From assembly GCA_949358305.1 (NCBI GenBank), contig OX442314.1, positions 8,556,001 to 8,620,000 on the forward strand: a stretch of 64,000 nucleotides of DNA, written 5' to 3'. The position numbers and the translations under genes are program-made. The notes under the pieces were generated by a model, which did not search any database, was not told where the DNA came from, and saw nothing but the letters and a program-made list of their open reading frames with translations. This stretch comes from Strigamia acuminata. Lineage: Eukaryota. Shown one piece after another: positions 12,154 to 24,302 of the stretch (the stretch's first letter is position 1; every line of letters begins with the position of its first letter).

Positions 12154-12661
12154 TCAAGAGCAACTGAGGTACTTAACTCCTCCTTCTCTCTAATTACTTA
12201 ATTGCTCAAGTTCTGAGAAACAAATGACTCATCCACAGGTGCATGAGTGCCTAAAATGGTGTCCAACAATAAAACAGTACTTTTGATGTGTATTGCAGTG
12301 CTGCACTGGGGTTGCCCTTTTTTGCTTGTGACATCTACCCTGACGAAAACAACTCCAAGTCCCAAGAGTGTTTGAGTCACAACTCCTTCCAGTCCTCTGG
12401 AATGCTTTCACTGCAACACATCAACTCTCAAAATACAACAAGTCCAACACACATGTACAGTCGTATTCAAAAAAACTAGACCCTCACTCTGTGCTGGCAA
12501 TTGAAATTGTGAGTAATTCCGTGTTTTGCCACTAGGTGAAACACCAGACATCAACAGGTGATAATATAGCCTTGTCTACAGTGATCCTTTCATAATTTAG
12601 TGGACAGTTTTAAAAAGAAAAATATAAGTTATTTTCAAAGAAATAGTGTATGGATATTTAA

Positions 12662-13161
12662 TAATAGAGAGTTTGCGGGATGCATTTTTCCCTTACAGTT
12701 AAACACTATACGGTATAAAAATAGTGTAAGGAAAAAATGATAAATTAAGTTTTTGCGGGTTGCACTTTTCCCTTATCACTACACTATTTCAGCCAACTAC
12801 TGACAGTTAGTAATTTTGGGCCTAAAAATTTAATTTGGGGACGTAAATGTGCAAATTTCTGCATAAAATTCCATTATTATGCCTATAAAGTATGGTTTTG
12901 GGTCTAACATTCAATTTTTGGCCTCACTTATTATTCAATCTACATGCCTATGACTGTGATGTGTTTGATCAGGAAAACAAAATAATCGCCATTTGCAATG
13001 GGCGGAGCTAACAATAGTGTTCTCAATTCTGATTGGCTGCGCTATATTTTAATTTAGTGTTGAAAACGATACACTAAAGATTTTTCCCTTACGATATGGC
13101 ACTAAAATAGTATAACGTAGGGAAAAATAAGGGAAAAATGCATCCCGCAAACTCTCTATTA
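12662..13161. mobile_element. MITE with 34-bp TIR
   Basis: TAATAGAGAGTTTGCGGGATGCATTTTTCCCTTA and its exact reverse complement. Superfamily not determined. Confidence 0.85.
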
Positions 13162-13951
13162 AGAAATAAAAAATTAATTTGTTTAATATTTTCTAACAAT
13201 AAAGAATATTTACCACTAGCTTTGTCTAAAAATTGCAGCGAATGAGATTAGGGCTAACAAAACAACAATCGGTCTCCCGACCAATCCTTTCACTATCTCA
13301 TCTTCACTATCTCATCTCCACTATCTCATCTCCACTATACGTATGTTATACGTATGCTTACGTTCGGAAAACTGAGGATTTCGCCAAAAACAGACACCAG
13401 GGGAAGTCACTAAATTAGTGTCTGGAAAAAGTTTTAAGATTATAAACAAATAAACAAATAAAAAAATAGAAAAAAATGAATTGTAATTACTAATTTTCGT
13501 TCATTTACAGCAAGAACACTTTGAAATGGCATTAAGTTGTTATTTAACACTTGATTTCACTCGAATAAATTTTTTTATTTTGCATATTTCAATTTTTATT
13601 GGAATTTTTGGTGCATACCTATATGCGCATGTAACGAAATTTATTTTGCATGTATATCCGGGGTCTAATAATCACCATAAAATTGTTTTTCAAACACTGC
13701 CTCATTGTTTTTTTTTTTATTATTTACCTAAATAAAACAAATACTCTCTTATTTCAAACAAAATCCATCTTGACATGCATTTTCTCATTCTTAATCATTT
13801 TGTTTTTGCTTTGTAGACAGTAAAAAGTACAACCAGAGTGGTCTACGCAACGATGCGATAGGCCAAAATAGCAATATCCAGATAAGCCAAAGCAGGAATG
13901 GGCAGAGAAACCATACAGAAGTATCTCAACTTTTCCAACCTCATCTAAATA

Positions 13952-14144
13952 TCGTATTTTACCAATTAAGAGTCGCCCTAGTATTGTAGCCGCCCTCAAA
14001 TAATAGCCGCAGCTGAAAGTGGCAGTTTTGAATAAGAACCGCGGTTCTGACTTGGTAAAATATGGTATTTCTGCAATTAAGAGCTGAGGCTAGTATTCGA
14101 GGCTGGCTACAATTCGAGGATGGCTTTTAATTGCGGAAATACGG
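13952..14144. mobile_element. Short pogo/Tc-like MITE
   Basis: TA|TCGTATTTTACCAATTAAGAG ... CTTTTAATTGCGGAAATACGG|TA imperfect TIRs. Confidence 0.6.
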
Positions 14145-14386
14145 TAAAGACTGCACCCCTTCGTAAATTTTACGACTACATTATAAATGGCTGCCATTCA
14201 AGTTAGGTGTGGGATTGAAGTTATGATTGTTATTAAATGGTAAAGAATCGATGAGAAAAAAAACTGAGTGAAAGTAGAATTGTTTTGAAACATAACAGAA
14301 CGATTTTCCGGTTTTATTTGAAACTTGTGATATATATTTTTATTATATAGCTTAATTTTAAATCTTACATTTATTGTAATTTATAT

Positions 14387-15730
14387 TTAAAAATAGGTGT
14401 GTTCAAAGTAACGAGTCTTGTCTTCAACCTGCACATCCAAATTTTTACTTTTCACGTAAGTTTCAATCATTTCGGTGTTAATATTCCCACAATGAAGGAA
14501 GACTAACTTATTCAATGGATTTTGCATTTCCAACAATTTTATGATCCCAGCGGAAGTTATATTGCGGCAATGTGGTATCGCTAACATTTTCAGATGCTGA
14601 AGCGCATTCGATTCAGCAAGATCCGAAAATAAACTGTCAGAAAGTCGATAAAAATGTTCAATGTGCAATTTTTCTAAACTGGGACATTGAATCAATAACT
14701 TTTTCATTTGTGATTCAGTAATGAGTGAATCAACATTACCGTGGAATTCCAGTTGAAGAAGATTTTTCAACGGAGCATCAGTAATCCAATTATTTTCGGA
14801 GCGACCACGAGAACAGAAAAATGATAAATTCTCTAACATTGGCCAAGTGTGATTAACAACTTGAATATTGACCGCCTTAACATCCCCCAGATGGAGATTA
14901 GTCAATCCTGGTGGCCATATTAAATTATTAAAATCGAGATGAGCATTTATGTCTGCCAACAATAACATTGTTAAATTTGGAAAAATTGTCCTCAAAATGG
15001 GGATGTTTTTGATAGTCTGCACACAAATAGATTCGATGCAAAAAGTGTGCAATGTTTTGTTTCTGTTGGACATTATTTCTAACTCCGCTAATAATCCGCG
15101 CCAGTGTTTATTTTCAAACACTTTTAAATGGAGCAACGCACTCAAAAGAAACAAACACCCTCTTTCTGTGATTTCAGTGTTCAAAATATTTAAATGCAAC
15201 AGCTTGTCACAACAGACTAATGTCTCGACCACATCGTCAGTAACGTTATAGCAATCCTCAATGTTGAGATATGTCAGCAGTGGGCAATTTCTTCCGACTT
15301 CAAGTAGGACTTGATTCGTGCACTGTTCTTTCAACCCAAGGTGTAAACGACGAAGTTTGGGTAAACTTTGCACCATAACTGTGGATGCAATTGCGACTTC
15401 TGAATCATCTTCGATTACTTTGTAATCTTTTTCAGCGCTCAAATCCACGAGGTTTTTACAAACTTGGCCTATTTTATCGAATAGAGGAATCCTAGGCAGG
15501 TCAAACATGTCCAAATGGTGTAGCGAGGCGGCGCCCGGATGGATGAAAATGTTTGACGGAAAACGATGTTCGGTGTATTCAAATTGTTCACACAGTTTTT
15601 CAAATATGTCGTTAATAAGCATGGGCGTTAGGTTTGCCAGTCCATCGTGCACCTCTCGCTCTTCGTAATGAACAGTAACCACATTTAAACACAAGTCTTC
15701 CAGGGTTGGGATTGATTTCGTGCGCGGCAT
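14387..15730 (-). CDS. Intronless RNI-like leucine-rich-repeat protein with N-terminal BC-box-like motif (447 aa)
   Basis: Uninterrupted ORF. PTLEDLCLNVV..LTPMLINDIF at the N-terminus; cysteine-containing LRRs (CPLLTYLNIEDCYNVTDD, CPSLEKLHI, LKMLAIPHCRNITSAG). Confidence 0.88.
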   Translation of the reverse strand: MPRTKSIPTLEDLCLNVVTVHYEEREVHDGLANLTPMLINDIFEKLCEQFEYTEHRFPSNIFIHPGAASLHHLDMFDLPRIPLFDKIGQVCKNLVDLSAEKDYKVIEDDSEVAIASTVMVQSLPKLRRLHLGLKEQCTNQVLLEVGRNCPLLTYLNIEDCYNVTDDVVETLVCCDKLLHLNILNTEITERGCLFLLSALLHLKVFENKHWRGLLAELEIMSNRNKTLHTFCIESICVQTIKNIPILRTIFPNLTMLLLADINAHLDFNNLIWPPGLTNLHLGDVKAVNIQVVNHTWPMLENLSFFCSRGRSENNWITDAPLKNLLQLEFHGNVDSLITESQMKKLLIQCPSLEKLHIEHFYRLSDSLFSDLAESNALQHLKMLAIPHCRNITSAGIIKLLEMQNPLNKLVFLHCGNINTEMIETYVKSKNLDVQVEDKTRYFEHTYF

Positions 15731-15990
15731 GTTGACAGGAAATCGCCATGAAATGTCTAATTACGGAACGACTGCTCCGCTCACAGTCGCTCCATCATGT
15801 GGCTCCATCTACAATATATCTTAGGTAACAGATGGCGCTAAATTCGATTTGAGTACTCTTTTGATGGAGGTTTGGGGAGATGTGTTGATTGCATCGTACT
15901 GTTGCAGCTGATACTAAAAAATCTTCTTTTAGTTTAGTTTTAGTTTAGGCACTAAAATTACAACTTTACTGTCTAGAAAATTAGTTCTAA

Positions 15991-16110
15991 GGGGCCGTCC
16001 ATAAATTACGTAACGCCGATTTTTCGATTTTTAGACCTCCTCCCCCTCCCTTGTAACAAGGTCGTAACAAATCCACAAACCCCCCCTAGAATATTATATT
16101 ACGTAACAAA
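15991..16110. mobile_element. One end of a PIF/Harbinger-like MITE
   Basis: TAA|GGGGCCGTCCATAAATTACGTAACG terminus; matching end not found. Confidence 0.5.
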
Positions 16111-16432
16111 ACTCACATAAGTATTTTTCTACAATTATTTATTTAAAATAGGAATGTTTGATTCACAATAAAATAAACAGTTTAGAAGTGGCTGCTCGCA
16201 GAGCTCGGAAATGATACACCCTGACATTTTCAACGCTATAAAAATGTGCATTTTGTAATCTACTGCATCAGGTGCGTCCGCACATGCAAATTTTTACTTT
16301 TGACATAAATGTTAATTTCTTCAATAACAGAAGTGTTAATATTCTTACAATTCGCGATGTGTAACTCATTCATTGGATTTTCTAGATCCAACAATTTAAA
16401 TATTGAAGTGGAGCTAATAAAATCACAAGATG

Positions 16433-16510
16433 AAACAAGCAGGGATTTGTAATGCAGGGAAGCATTACATGTTAGACTTCTAAACCCTGCCCCTAATTAA
16501 AAAAAAAAAC
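16433..16510 (-). mobile_element. 3'-end fragment of the DINE-1/Helentron-like element
   Basis: Reverse complement of ~63255-63328 (subTIR and stem-loop). Confidence 0.8.
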
Positions 16511-16661
16511 CCCAAGAGAAATTTCCATAGTTTGTTACCCCAATATATTAAAGAAACCCAAATCAAAACTTAAATCAAACTTTGATTTGCGGCACTGCTT
16601 AATGTTACGTCTCGTATCACCATCGAACTGAAATAATAATAAATTAACGACACAAAACAAC

Positions 16662-17236
16662 TGTCACGGGCAGGTTACCCACCCTTCTTTTTTATCCATT
16701 CTCTACTTAGACTAACCCAATCTTAAGTTTTCTTATTTTCTCCCAATCTCTCTTTTCATCTAAGATTGATGATTCACCTATTATTACATGCGCAGCTTCA
16801 TTGCGCGCATTTCATTATTTCCAACAATTGAACTTATTTTATACCTTTCACCCCCTCATCCCCTCTCTTAAACCAAACCAGATGACTCAGTTTACCTCGT
16901 CACTGTCTGCACAATTCAAACACACTTCTCATACTTCTTTTAACGAGTTAACACCTCTTAGATTGAACTGAGTTTGTCAACCTTTAGTTTAACTTTGCGT
17001 CTTAACACGCGCACTTCAATTTAACTCTTAATAGCGCCTTTTTTTGCCCACCTTTTATCACTTCGCATGCCTGTGACATTCTACGCCCACCAGCTTATGA
17101 ATTACACTGCGCATACTCATTCTTTTTAAACGTAAAGACCCACAACGTGAGATTGAGCCTGTCGAATATAAATAATGTGTGTTACAGCGAGCTTAGGTTT
17201 ATTCACCGTCTAATATCCTCATTTGACGACGGCACA
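16662..17236 (+). mobile_element. Probable solo LTR
   Basis: TGTCACGG...GGCACA; start resembles the LTR at 45058; pyrimidine-rich; flanks CAAC/AAAC are an imperfect 4-bp TSD. Confidence 0.4.
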
Positions 17237-18937
17237 AAACGAGTAAATCTACAAACTTTGCCCACTGGTTTGCGCTACATCACCTCGCGCGTAAATTCAG
17301 ATCAAATCAATTAAACATCTAAGTTGATTCGTAACAACACATTTTATAAATTATATTATAAATTGCAATGTATTGAAAATAAATAGAATCAGTAGCCCGC
17401 ATGTTTGCAGGACGTGTCATCACTTCCCGAAGAGATAGAAATTTTCTCACTTTGGAGTGAGTCAGTCTGAACCAAGCCTTTGAATAAAATACCACTGAAA
17501 CGCCCTCGTTAAAACATAACAAGTCCATGCGGAAACTTTCCAACATTCGATAAACATTCGCATTAAATCTAATTTGGTCCGCCATTTTGGAAGAATATCA
17601 GCAGCTCAGAGAAGAAGATTCCGTCCAACGAGAAAAGCGAATCATCTATACTAATTTGATTAGAAATCACATTGATCATCATTTATGTTATTCATTCTAT
17701 CAAGAGGATTTTCAGCGGCATATTTATCAGCCATCTTTTTACGAATAGCATGGAAGAAAGTGTTAAATCATTTTAATGGTTATTGTGTATCTTATGATTT
17801 GAGTTCAACTTAGTCGAGCATTATTGTCCTCGGAGCAGGGGCTTTTCCTAATGTCAAATACGATTTATGAGCTCTTTACCAATTCTATACCTGTTTGTTT
17901 ACAGCTGACATTTTTCCCTCTTTTCTTTTTATAATCGAATTTCTAAAACCGGCCATTTGATTCAAAACTGTCTTGTTTCAAGAGAGACATTCTCACCTTG
18001 CAACAATTTGCCTAAAAAAGCTTTCAAATTTAACTTTAAACTTAAAAAAAAGTCGAAAATGGTACCATCAAACGCTATGAACATTCTTCTTTTTATTTTT
18101 ATATAGATTGTAAATCATAATGCTTAAAAAAATATATGAAAAGAAAAGACAAATCCATACATAGTCTTAAAATGTTGCTCCAAACTATCGATTTTCCTTC
18201 CGATATTTTTAATAAATTTCTTTTATAGTATCTGACAGAACAGCATGAATCAATATCAAATGATTGATTATCGGTTGTATCCAGAGACGACTCAGAAATC
18301 GTTGTTTTTTCTTCGCTGACCCTTGACAAGTGTGAGGATCCACCATTTTCAGTTGCAGTAAAAAGTATCACTCGCACACCCGCTACAACGCACACCCGCT
18401 ACAACCATCTTCCAACAAAAAAATATTTTCATTAAAATAAATCTATTAATAAGATTTGTCGAGATTTTAAAATTTAATTATACGTCTCAATATTGAAGAG
18501 ATTATTCAAGGTATAAAAAGTTTAATTACAAAAATACTTTTCCAACATTTTTTTTCCTCAACATTTCTTTCATTGTACAAGTACACATTTCTTTGCACAC
18601 TTCCCCACGATTGGAAAACAGCCGTATACAATACGAGGTTTTAAAGATTTGATCAACAATGTGTTAAAAATATTGTTTTGCAACCTATAAAGCCGTAATC
18701 GCATTATTTAAAAAAAAAACTGTAAATTCATGATTTTATTTTTCATGTAAAATTTTTTTTATTTTATTTACTGCACAACGTGTGGGACAAATTCAAGTGA
18801 TATCTTAAGTGATCCTTTTAAAAGCGGGTGTAAAATTTTACAGCTCACAGGAAATAAAAAGTTAAGAGAGAAAAAAATGGTCTAAAGTGGACTGTAAACT
18901 AGATCCCACTGGACGCTGGACAGAGAAGAAAATTGCA

Positions 18938-18972
18938 ACAAGTTACAGTCTTAACTTAAGACTGTAACTTGT
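18938..18972. repeat. Perfect 17-1-17 palindrome
   Basis: ACAAGTTACAGTCTTAA-C-TTAAGACTGTAACTTGT. Confidence 0.92.
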
Positions 18973-19235
18973 GTCCGGCAACAAATTGTTCGCGTGTCGG
19001 CGTTCGGCCTCGTTTTCTACACGTTTTTGTTAGTCCTTTCCGTTTTATCGCTCGTCGTCGTCTTTGCTTTCACAGTCTATTGGCATTGGATCAAAAAGCG
19101 CCTTGACGCCGAAATGCACCCGCTCATCGAGAGCATCATGAATTTGTTGCAGAGCCACAAACTGTCCAGCAACCCGGACGCGAAGCTGCGCTGCTTGCCA
19201 TTGTCGCACGTGCGGGACATTCTCATCCCGCTGTT
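18973..19235 (+). pseudogene. Isolated fragment of MAN1/LEMD3-like inner nuclear membrane protein (second TM plus start of MSC domain)
   Basis: TM helix followed by WHWIKK..MHPLIESIMNLLQSH...LPLSHVRDILIP resembles (from memory) the MAN1 motif MY..V.KIIDVL.SH...PIPHVRDSLI. GC-rich island; no ATG start and no other exons nearby. Confidence 0.7.
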
Positions 19236-19276
19236 GAAGAAATCTTGTCCAAGATTGCAGTAACCCTTGTGGTGAC

Positions 19277-19409
19277 CAGTGCTGGACTGGAAAGAAATTT
19301 AGTATCGGGAAATCTGGATAGGTCGGGCCATGGGAACAAATTTATACCGAGCCATAGGGTATGAAAAAAATTTCACGTCGTCACCTGCCACTTGGCCAGT
19401 CCAGCATTG
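19277..19409. mobile_element. Short hAT-like MITE
   Basis: TIR CAGTGCTGGACTGG / CCAGTCCAGCATTG; TSD not preserved. Confidence 0.65.
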
Positions 19410-21705
19410 GGGTTTTGTATCAGAAAGGCAATGGTAGAACAAGTAATTAATATTGAAATATAAATAAAAACAGAAAGACAATCGGAATGAAATTCGTTGA
19501 AAGATTTTTTTTTATCTGTCCATGTATCGCTTTTACCGTTAAAAGATTTTACAAACAAACACAGGACCCTAAACGGAGTCATGGAGTTTAACATCATAAA
19601 ACACTGCCATTGGCTGAAATTATCACAAACAATATGAAGAAGTTGAAATTAAGAAATAATTTAACTTTATTTCAGTTGCCAAAGATGCTAGCTATTCTAT
19701 GGCAACTCAACACAAGCACAGTCAGGAGATTTTGTGGAAATAGTCAAGAAAAAGAGATAAAAGGATTCCAATAAGAGACAATAAAAAGTTGGATATTAAC
19801 CAAACTGAACACACAAGAAACGAAAACAACTTTCCACCATGTGGTTGTTTTCCAACAAAAAAAATTTTCTTGCATTTGTCAATCTTATGAGGATTTTTGC
19901 AACTCTGGAGAAAGTGAAAAAAGTGAAAAAAGTGAAAGCTTCTCAAAGGTTTACAAATATTTTAGTTTAACACTAGAACAGCTAGACTAGTCAAAATGAC
20001 CCAATGGGTTTCCAATAGTGTTTTTTGATGCTTTACATCATAAATCAGCAAAGATGGCATTTTTCTTAAACAAGAATAAAAAAAAGAGAATTAACCTAGA
20101 ACGACTGCATGTTTTGGCGTCAAATTTATTTGTTTTAAAAGATGAAAAGATAAAGAACCAATCCATGGGTCATCCAGAAAAAGGTGACTGAAAAATTTTC
20201 TACAGTCACAGAGAAGTCCAAACAAGAGCATTTGAGATTGATTACAATTAATAGAGCAAGAATTTTGACCATCCTCTGAGCCACTGATGATTACTTTGAA
20301 AATAAAAACCAGGCTTCAGAAATCATATCCCAAACTGAACACTTCATGTCATGAAAAAAGGCAAATGCCATTACCAATCACGAAATTTCAAACCAAACTT
20401 TGAAAAGCGACCAAAAACCAATAATCAAAAACAACCAAAAACTACCAAAAAACTCCAAAAGGTGCATCAAATAATATTCTAGCCAAATAAATACTCAATC
20501 GGCACACAACCGAAGAAATACAGAAGAAAATACAATTCGAACTAGGCCTATAGTAGGCCTAAAATGGCGCCAAACAATATCAAAAGAACATACCGGTATG
20601 TAAGAAAATAAATGGATCATTTAGAAATACGGATTCAAAGTTGCTGAGAAATTTGCAGAAATGTAAATCCCATGTTTATGAAACCAACCAACCTTTATGA
20701 AATCAAACTAGAGATAAGTAACGTGAAAAACGAACGAACACAGCATGTCGAATAGCAAAATCTTGCTGTACATCTCGCCTTGTGCTGATCGAGACGAAAT
20801 TACGTGACAGATTATTGTTTAGCGTCTCCCGCTGAAAACGGTTCTTCTGCCCATGCGCAGAAAAGAAAATAATCCGACGACTACGGAGATTTGTTGGGGC
20901 CGTCTGTCTTTTTCCTGCATCAGTTTCTACAATTTAGATAAATTTTTAAAATTCAAAAAGCACGTTGGGTTTGCTTCTTGCTGAACTTTAAAATGTCATC
21001 AGGTTCGTTTTCATCGTCCATTACCAAGATAGGAAATTTTCATGATCAGTTTGAATATGTTGTATTTAATTTGATCTCACAGTGAATCGCTAACATACTT
21101 AAAATTTCGATTTGTGCATGTTTTGTGGGTGTTTTTTTTATGAATTTTTCAAATTAAACAAAAAAATTAATTATTTTTTGAGCTATTTACATAAATTTGA
21201 GGATTTAATTTTGATAATTTTGGTCACTTTTATTCAAAAATAGTCAAATTTTACGTATAAAATTACATTTTTCTGCCTCCAAACGCACGCTTGTCCATTT
21301 TTCATCTATTTTGTAAGGTTTAATTTACACTTTTATGCCTTAAAATGCATTTTTGTTCATTTTAGATCAATGTTTAACAACAAAAAATTCATTTCAGCGA
21401 AGATCAATTTTTCATCAATTTGCCATCTTGGACAACATATGGCGCCAAATTCGTTTTTGATAAAAGTGTTTTTTTTTTTTTTTTAATTTTAATTTTTTAA
21501 ATAACAAATAATATAAACCACAAATAGATTTGTTTTTGTTCTTTTTTAATGTATCTCTGGTGGCAAATACTTGCAAATTGTTTATTGACTTAACTGCGGC
21601 GCTGTAATGCCGAACGTGTGATTTGGTTGCCAAAAAATTATGAAAATAAATTTCCAGTACACGGACCCATTCTGACAAAAGTATGTGAAAGTTAAAATTT
21701 AAAAA

Positions 21706-21855
21706 ATGAACGAACCTTGTGGTTTAGAGAAATATCTCCAGCCAATAGTGCAAAACAACTTGCCTGAATTACTGACTGGAATTACCAGCGAATCGATGGT
21801 GATGTTGCTGTCAGTCTTTGTCTTCGGTTACATTTGGTTTTCAAGTTTGGATTAA
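21706..21855 (+). CDS. Putative 49-aa smORF (or coding exon) with C-terminal hydrophobic helix, copy 1
   Basis: MNEPCGLEKYLQPIVQNNLPELLTGITSESMVMLLSVFVFGYIWFSSLD*; AAAAATG context; frame is open in three diverged copies. Confidence 0.55.
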   Translation: MNEPCGLEKYLQPIVQNNLPELLTGITSESMVMLLSVFVFGYIWFSSLD

Positions 21856-21944
21856 AATAAATAAACGAACAAGCATAAGGTATACTGACACTCATTTTTA
21901 ATCACCATAAAGTATACATACATAAATACATATATTTTTTTTAG

Positions 21945-22117
21945 GTGTATTCCAAGGAACATCACCAGCTTTCGGTTTTGGTTTTTATAATTTCGAATTG
22001 AAGACGACACGAACTGACTTTGAGGATTTGAATTTAATTATTTCAATCAATTTCAAGAATTATAAACAGCATATATGTGTTGACGAAGTGTACAGTACAA
22101 TGTCAGACGTGGCCTAA
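21945..22117 (+). other. Putative terminal coding exon of the + strand gene convergent with NVL
   Basis: After a TTTTAG acceptor reads VFQGTSPAFGFGFYNFELK...STMSDVA*, followed by AATAAA. Synonymous differences versus copies at 55742 and ~58467. Confidence 0.45.
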
Positions 22118-24242
22118 AATAAAGTAAATATTGCAGATAACAACGAAATAAATAAAGAAATAAAGAAATAATCTCAGCACAGTAACTTTTTATTTGTAAA
22201 TTTGTTAATTCCATTTCTAAATGAATATGAGAATGACAATAAATTATTTCTTCGTCAATTGTTCGAAATCTCCAAAGATGTCCGAATTCTATCATACATT
22301 TTTTGATCCTAAAACGAAAAACTAAAAATCAGATCTGGACCGAATAATCTCAAATTAATGAACCGACGCCTACCTCGGTCGACACGGATCGTCGGACTAT
22401 GCCGAAAGCGACTTCAAAATCGTTTTTTCCGACCAAGTCGGTCTCGTCATCCCCAGACCCACTATCACCAGCCCCGCTGTCCATCATACAGCTCAAAGCA
22501 TTTTCAGCAGCTTCCCGTACCAACGCCTCCAAATCGGCGCCCCTGAATGCAAAAACCAAACAAATTACACCCAAATCATCACAAATTCTAACCAGCCCTC
22601 ACGTGAATCCTTCGCAGCGACTGTCCAAGCCGATCGCCGTCAAATCGACGTCATCGGCCAAACGCGGCCCATCCTAATAAGAAAAAAACAAAAAAAAAAT
22701 AAAAACACATAAATTGAATTTTTCGCGTGTAACCTTAGTTATTGTCTTTAAAATGTCGACTCTGGCTTGCGGGGTGGGTACGCCGACGTAGAGGAGCTTC
22801 CCGAGCCGGTTGGGACGCAGCACTGCCCGGTCGATCTTGTCGGGCCGATTGGTGGCGGCGATTATGAACACGTTTCCCCGTTGGCCGAACCCGTCCATTT
22901 CGGTGAGCAGTTGATTGACGAGTCCGGCGCTCGATTGGTGCTGCAGAAGAAAGAAATCAATAATTTTTGCAAAGCTTTGGTGTTTTTTTGTAATACGTGT
23001 GCGTCTGCAGAACGTTCGGGGCAGAGGGCGTCGAATTCGTCGAAGAAGATGACGCAGGGGGAGGCGTTGCGGGCGCGTTGGAAGCACGTTCTGACGGCGC
23101 GCTCACTTTCGCCGACGTACTGCAAGGAATGATTAATTTTCTCGATTAAATTTCGTAATAATAATAATAAGGATAAATAGTAAATACCATGTTGAGTAAT
23201 TCTGGGCCTTTGACCGAAATGAAGTTTATTCCCGATTCGTTAGCTATCGCCTGAAATGAATAAATATTGTGCTATCAATTCTAGAATATTTAAAACAAGA
23301 ATAACTTTTTGCGGATACAAGCTTATGCATGACACATGATTGCTGTCATCCAATCAGCACACAGAACAACAAATCAACAGAAAATAACATGTTATCCTTG
23401 GTTCATGTATCACCTTAGCCAATAATGTTTTGCCACATCCCGGTGGCCCAAACAATAGAATTCCTGCAGCTTTCACAATTCTCAGTTTCCGACACCGATT
23501 TTTATAATGTAGCGGAGCCTTCAACAAAATGACAAGAATAAAATTAAAACAATAAATAAATAAAAGAATTCGGTTCATTCAATTACCGTAATACACAAGC
23601 GCAGTTTTTTCTGAACTTGTTTCAACGCCCCTATATCGTCCCAAGTCACATCCGGCACCGTACTGAACCCCTCTCGTGTCAACGACGGCACCACACGTCC
23701 CAAAGCCGTCTAAGAAGAAAAATTAATCGAACAAAAACCACAAAAAAATTAATTAATTTCATTTTCACATCAAGTAAAGCAATAAAATTTTACCTCAAAA
23801 TCGGAAAACTTAAAAGCACATAATCGATCCCATTCCTCGGAAGTCATCATCAACAAATCTAAAAAACAAAACAAAACAATTAATTACCCGCTAATCGAAT
23901 ATAATCAACAAAAAATCAATTAACCATTCTCTCTCTTCGCTTTGGACGTCGAATCGCCTTCCGTATCGCATTCCATAAGCCTAAAATCGATTTTAAAAAC
24001 CAACAAACCATTTTATTAATAATCACATTTCGTCTACCTCCTCCGGGTCGACAGGCCGGCAGTTAGAACGAGCAGCTTGAGATCCGCGCCGACAAAACCT
24101 GTGGTGATTCCGAATCACCTGAAGATAAATTGATAAGATTTATCGTGTTGATGAATCCGACCGCCAGGAGCGCTACTAGAAATAGACTAGATTGACTAGT
24201 CTCGCATTTCTGCGGATCTGAATAATCAGAATAATCTATATA

Positions 24243-24302
24243 TGACGTCACTTCCGGTCAGTATATAAGACCGAGGCTTGACCGGAAATGACACTACAGT
24301 TA
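24243..24302 (+). promoter_or_regulatory. Putative LTR core promoter (CRE/ETS composite, TATA, Inr-like)
   Basis: TGACGTCACTTCCGG, TATATAA at 24262, CAGTT ~35 nt downstream; repeated at ~28615. Confidence 0.55.

Noticed and set aside
9961..12160. Pack-MULE call for the inverted duplication
   Set aside because: Arm homology stops without a TSD or recognisable Mutator termini; kept only as an inverted duplication.
19967..20110. piggyBac-like TTAA-CACTAGA terminus
   Set aside because: No matching opposite end or transposase found.
23885..23895. Possible 3-nt NVL microexon (ag|CGG|gt)
   Set aside because: It would require a ~34-nt upstream intron, and the frame is fine without it.
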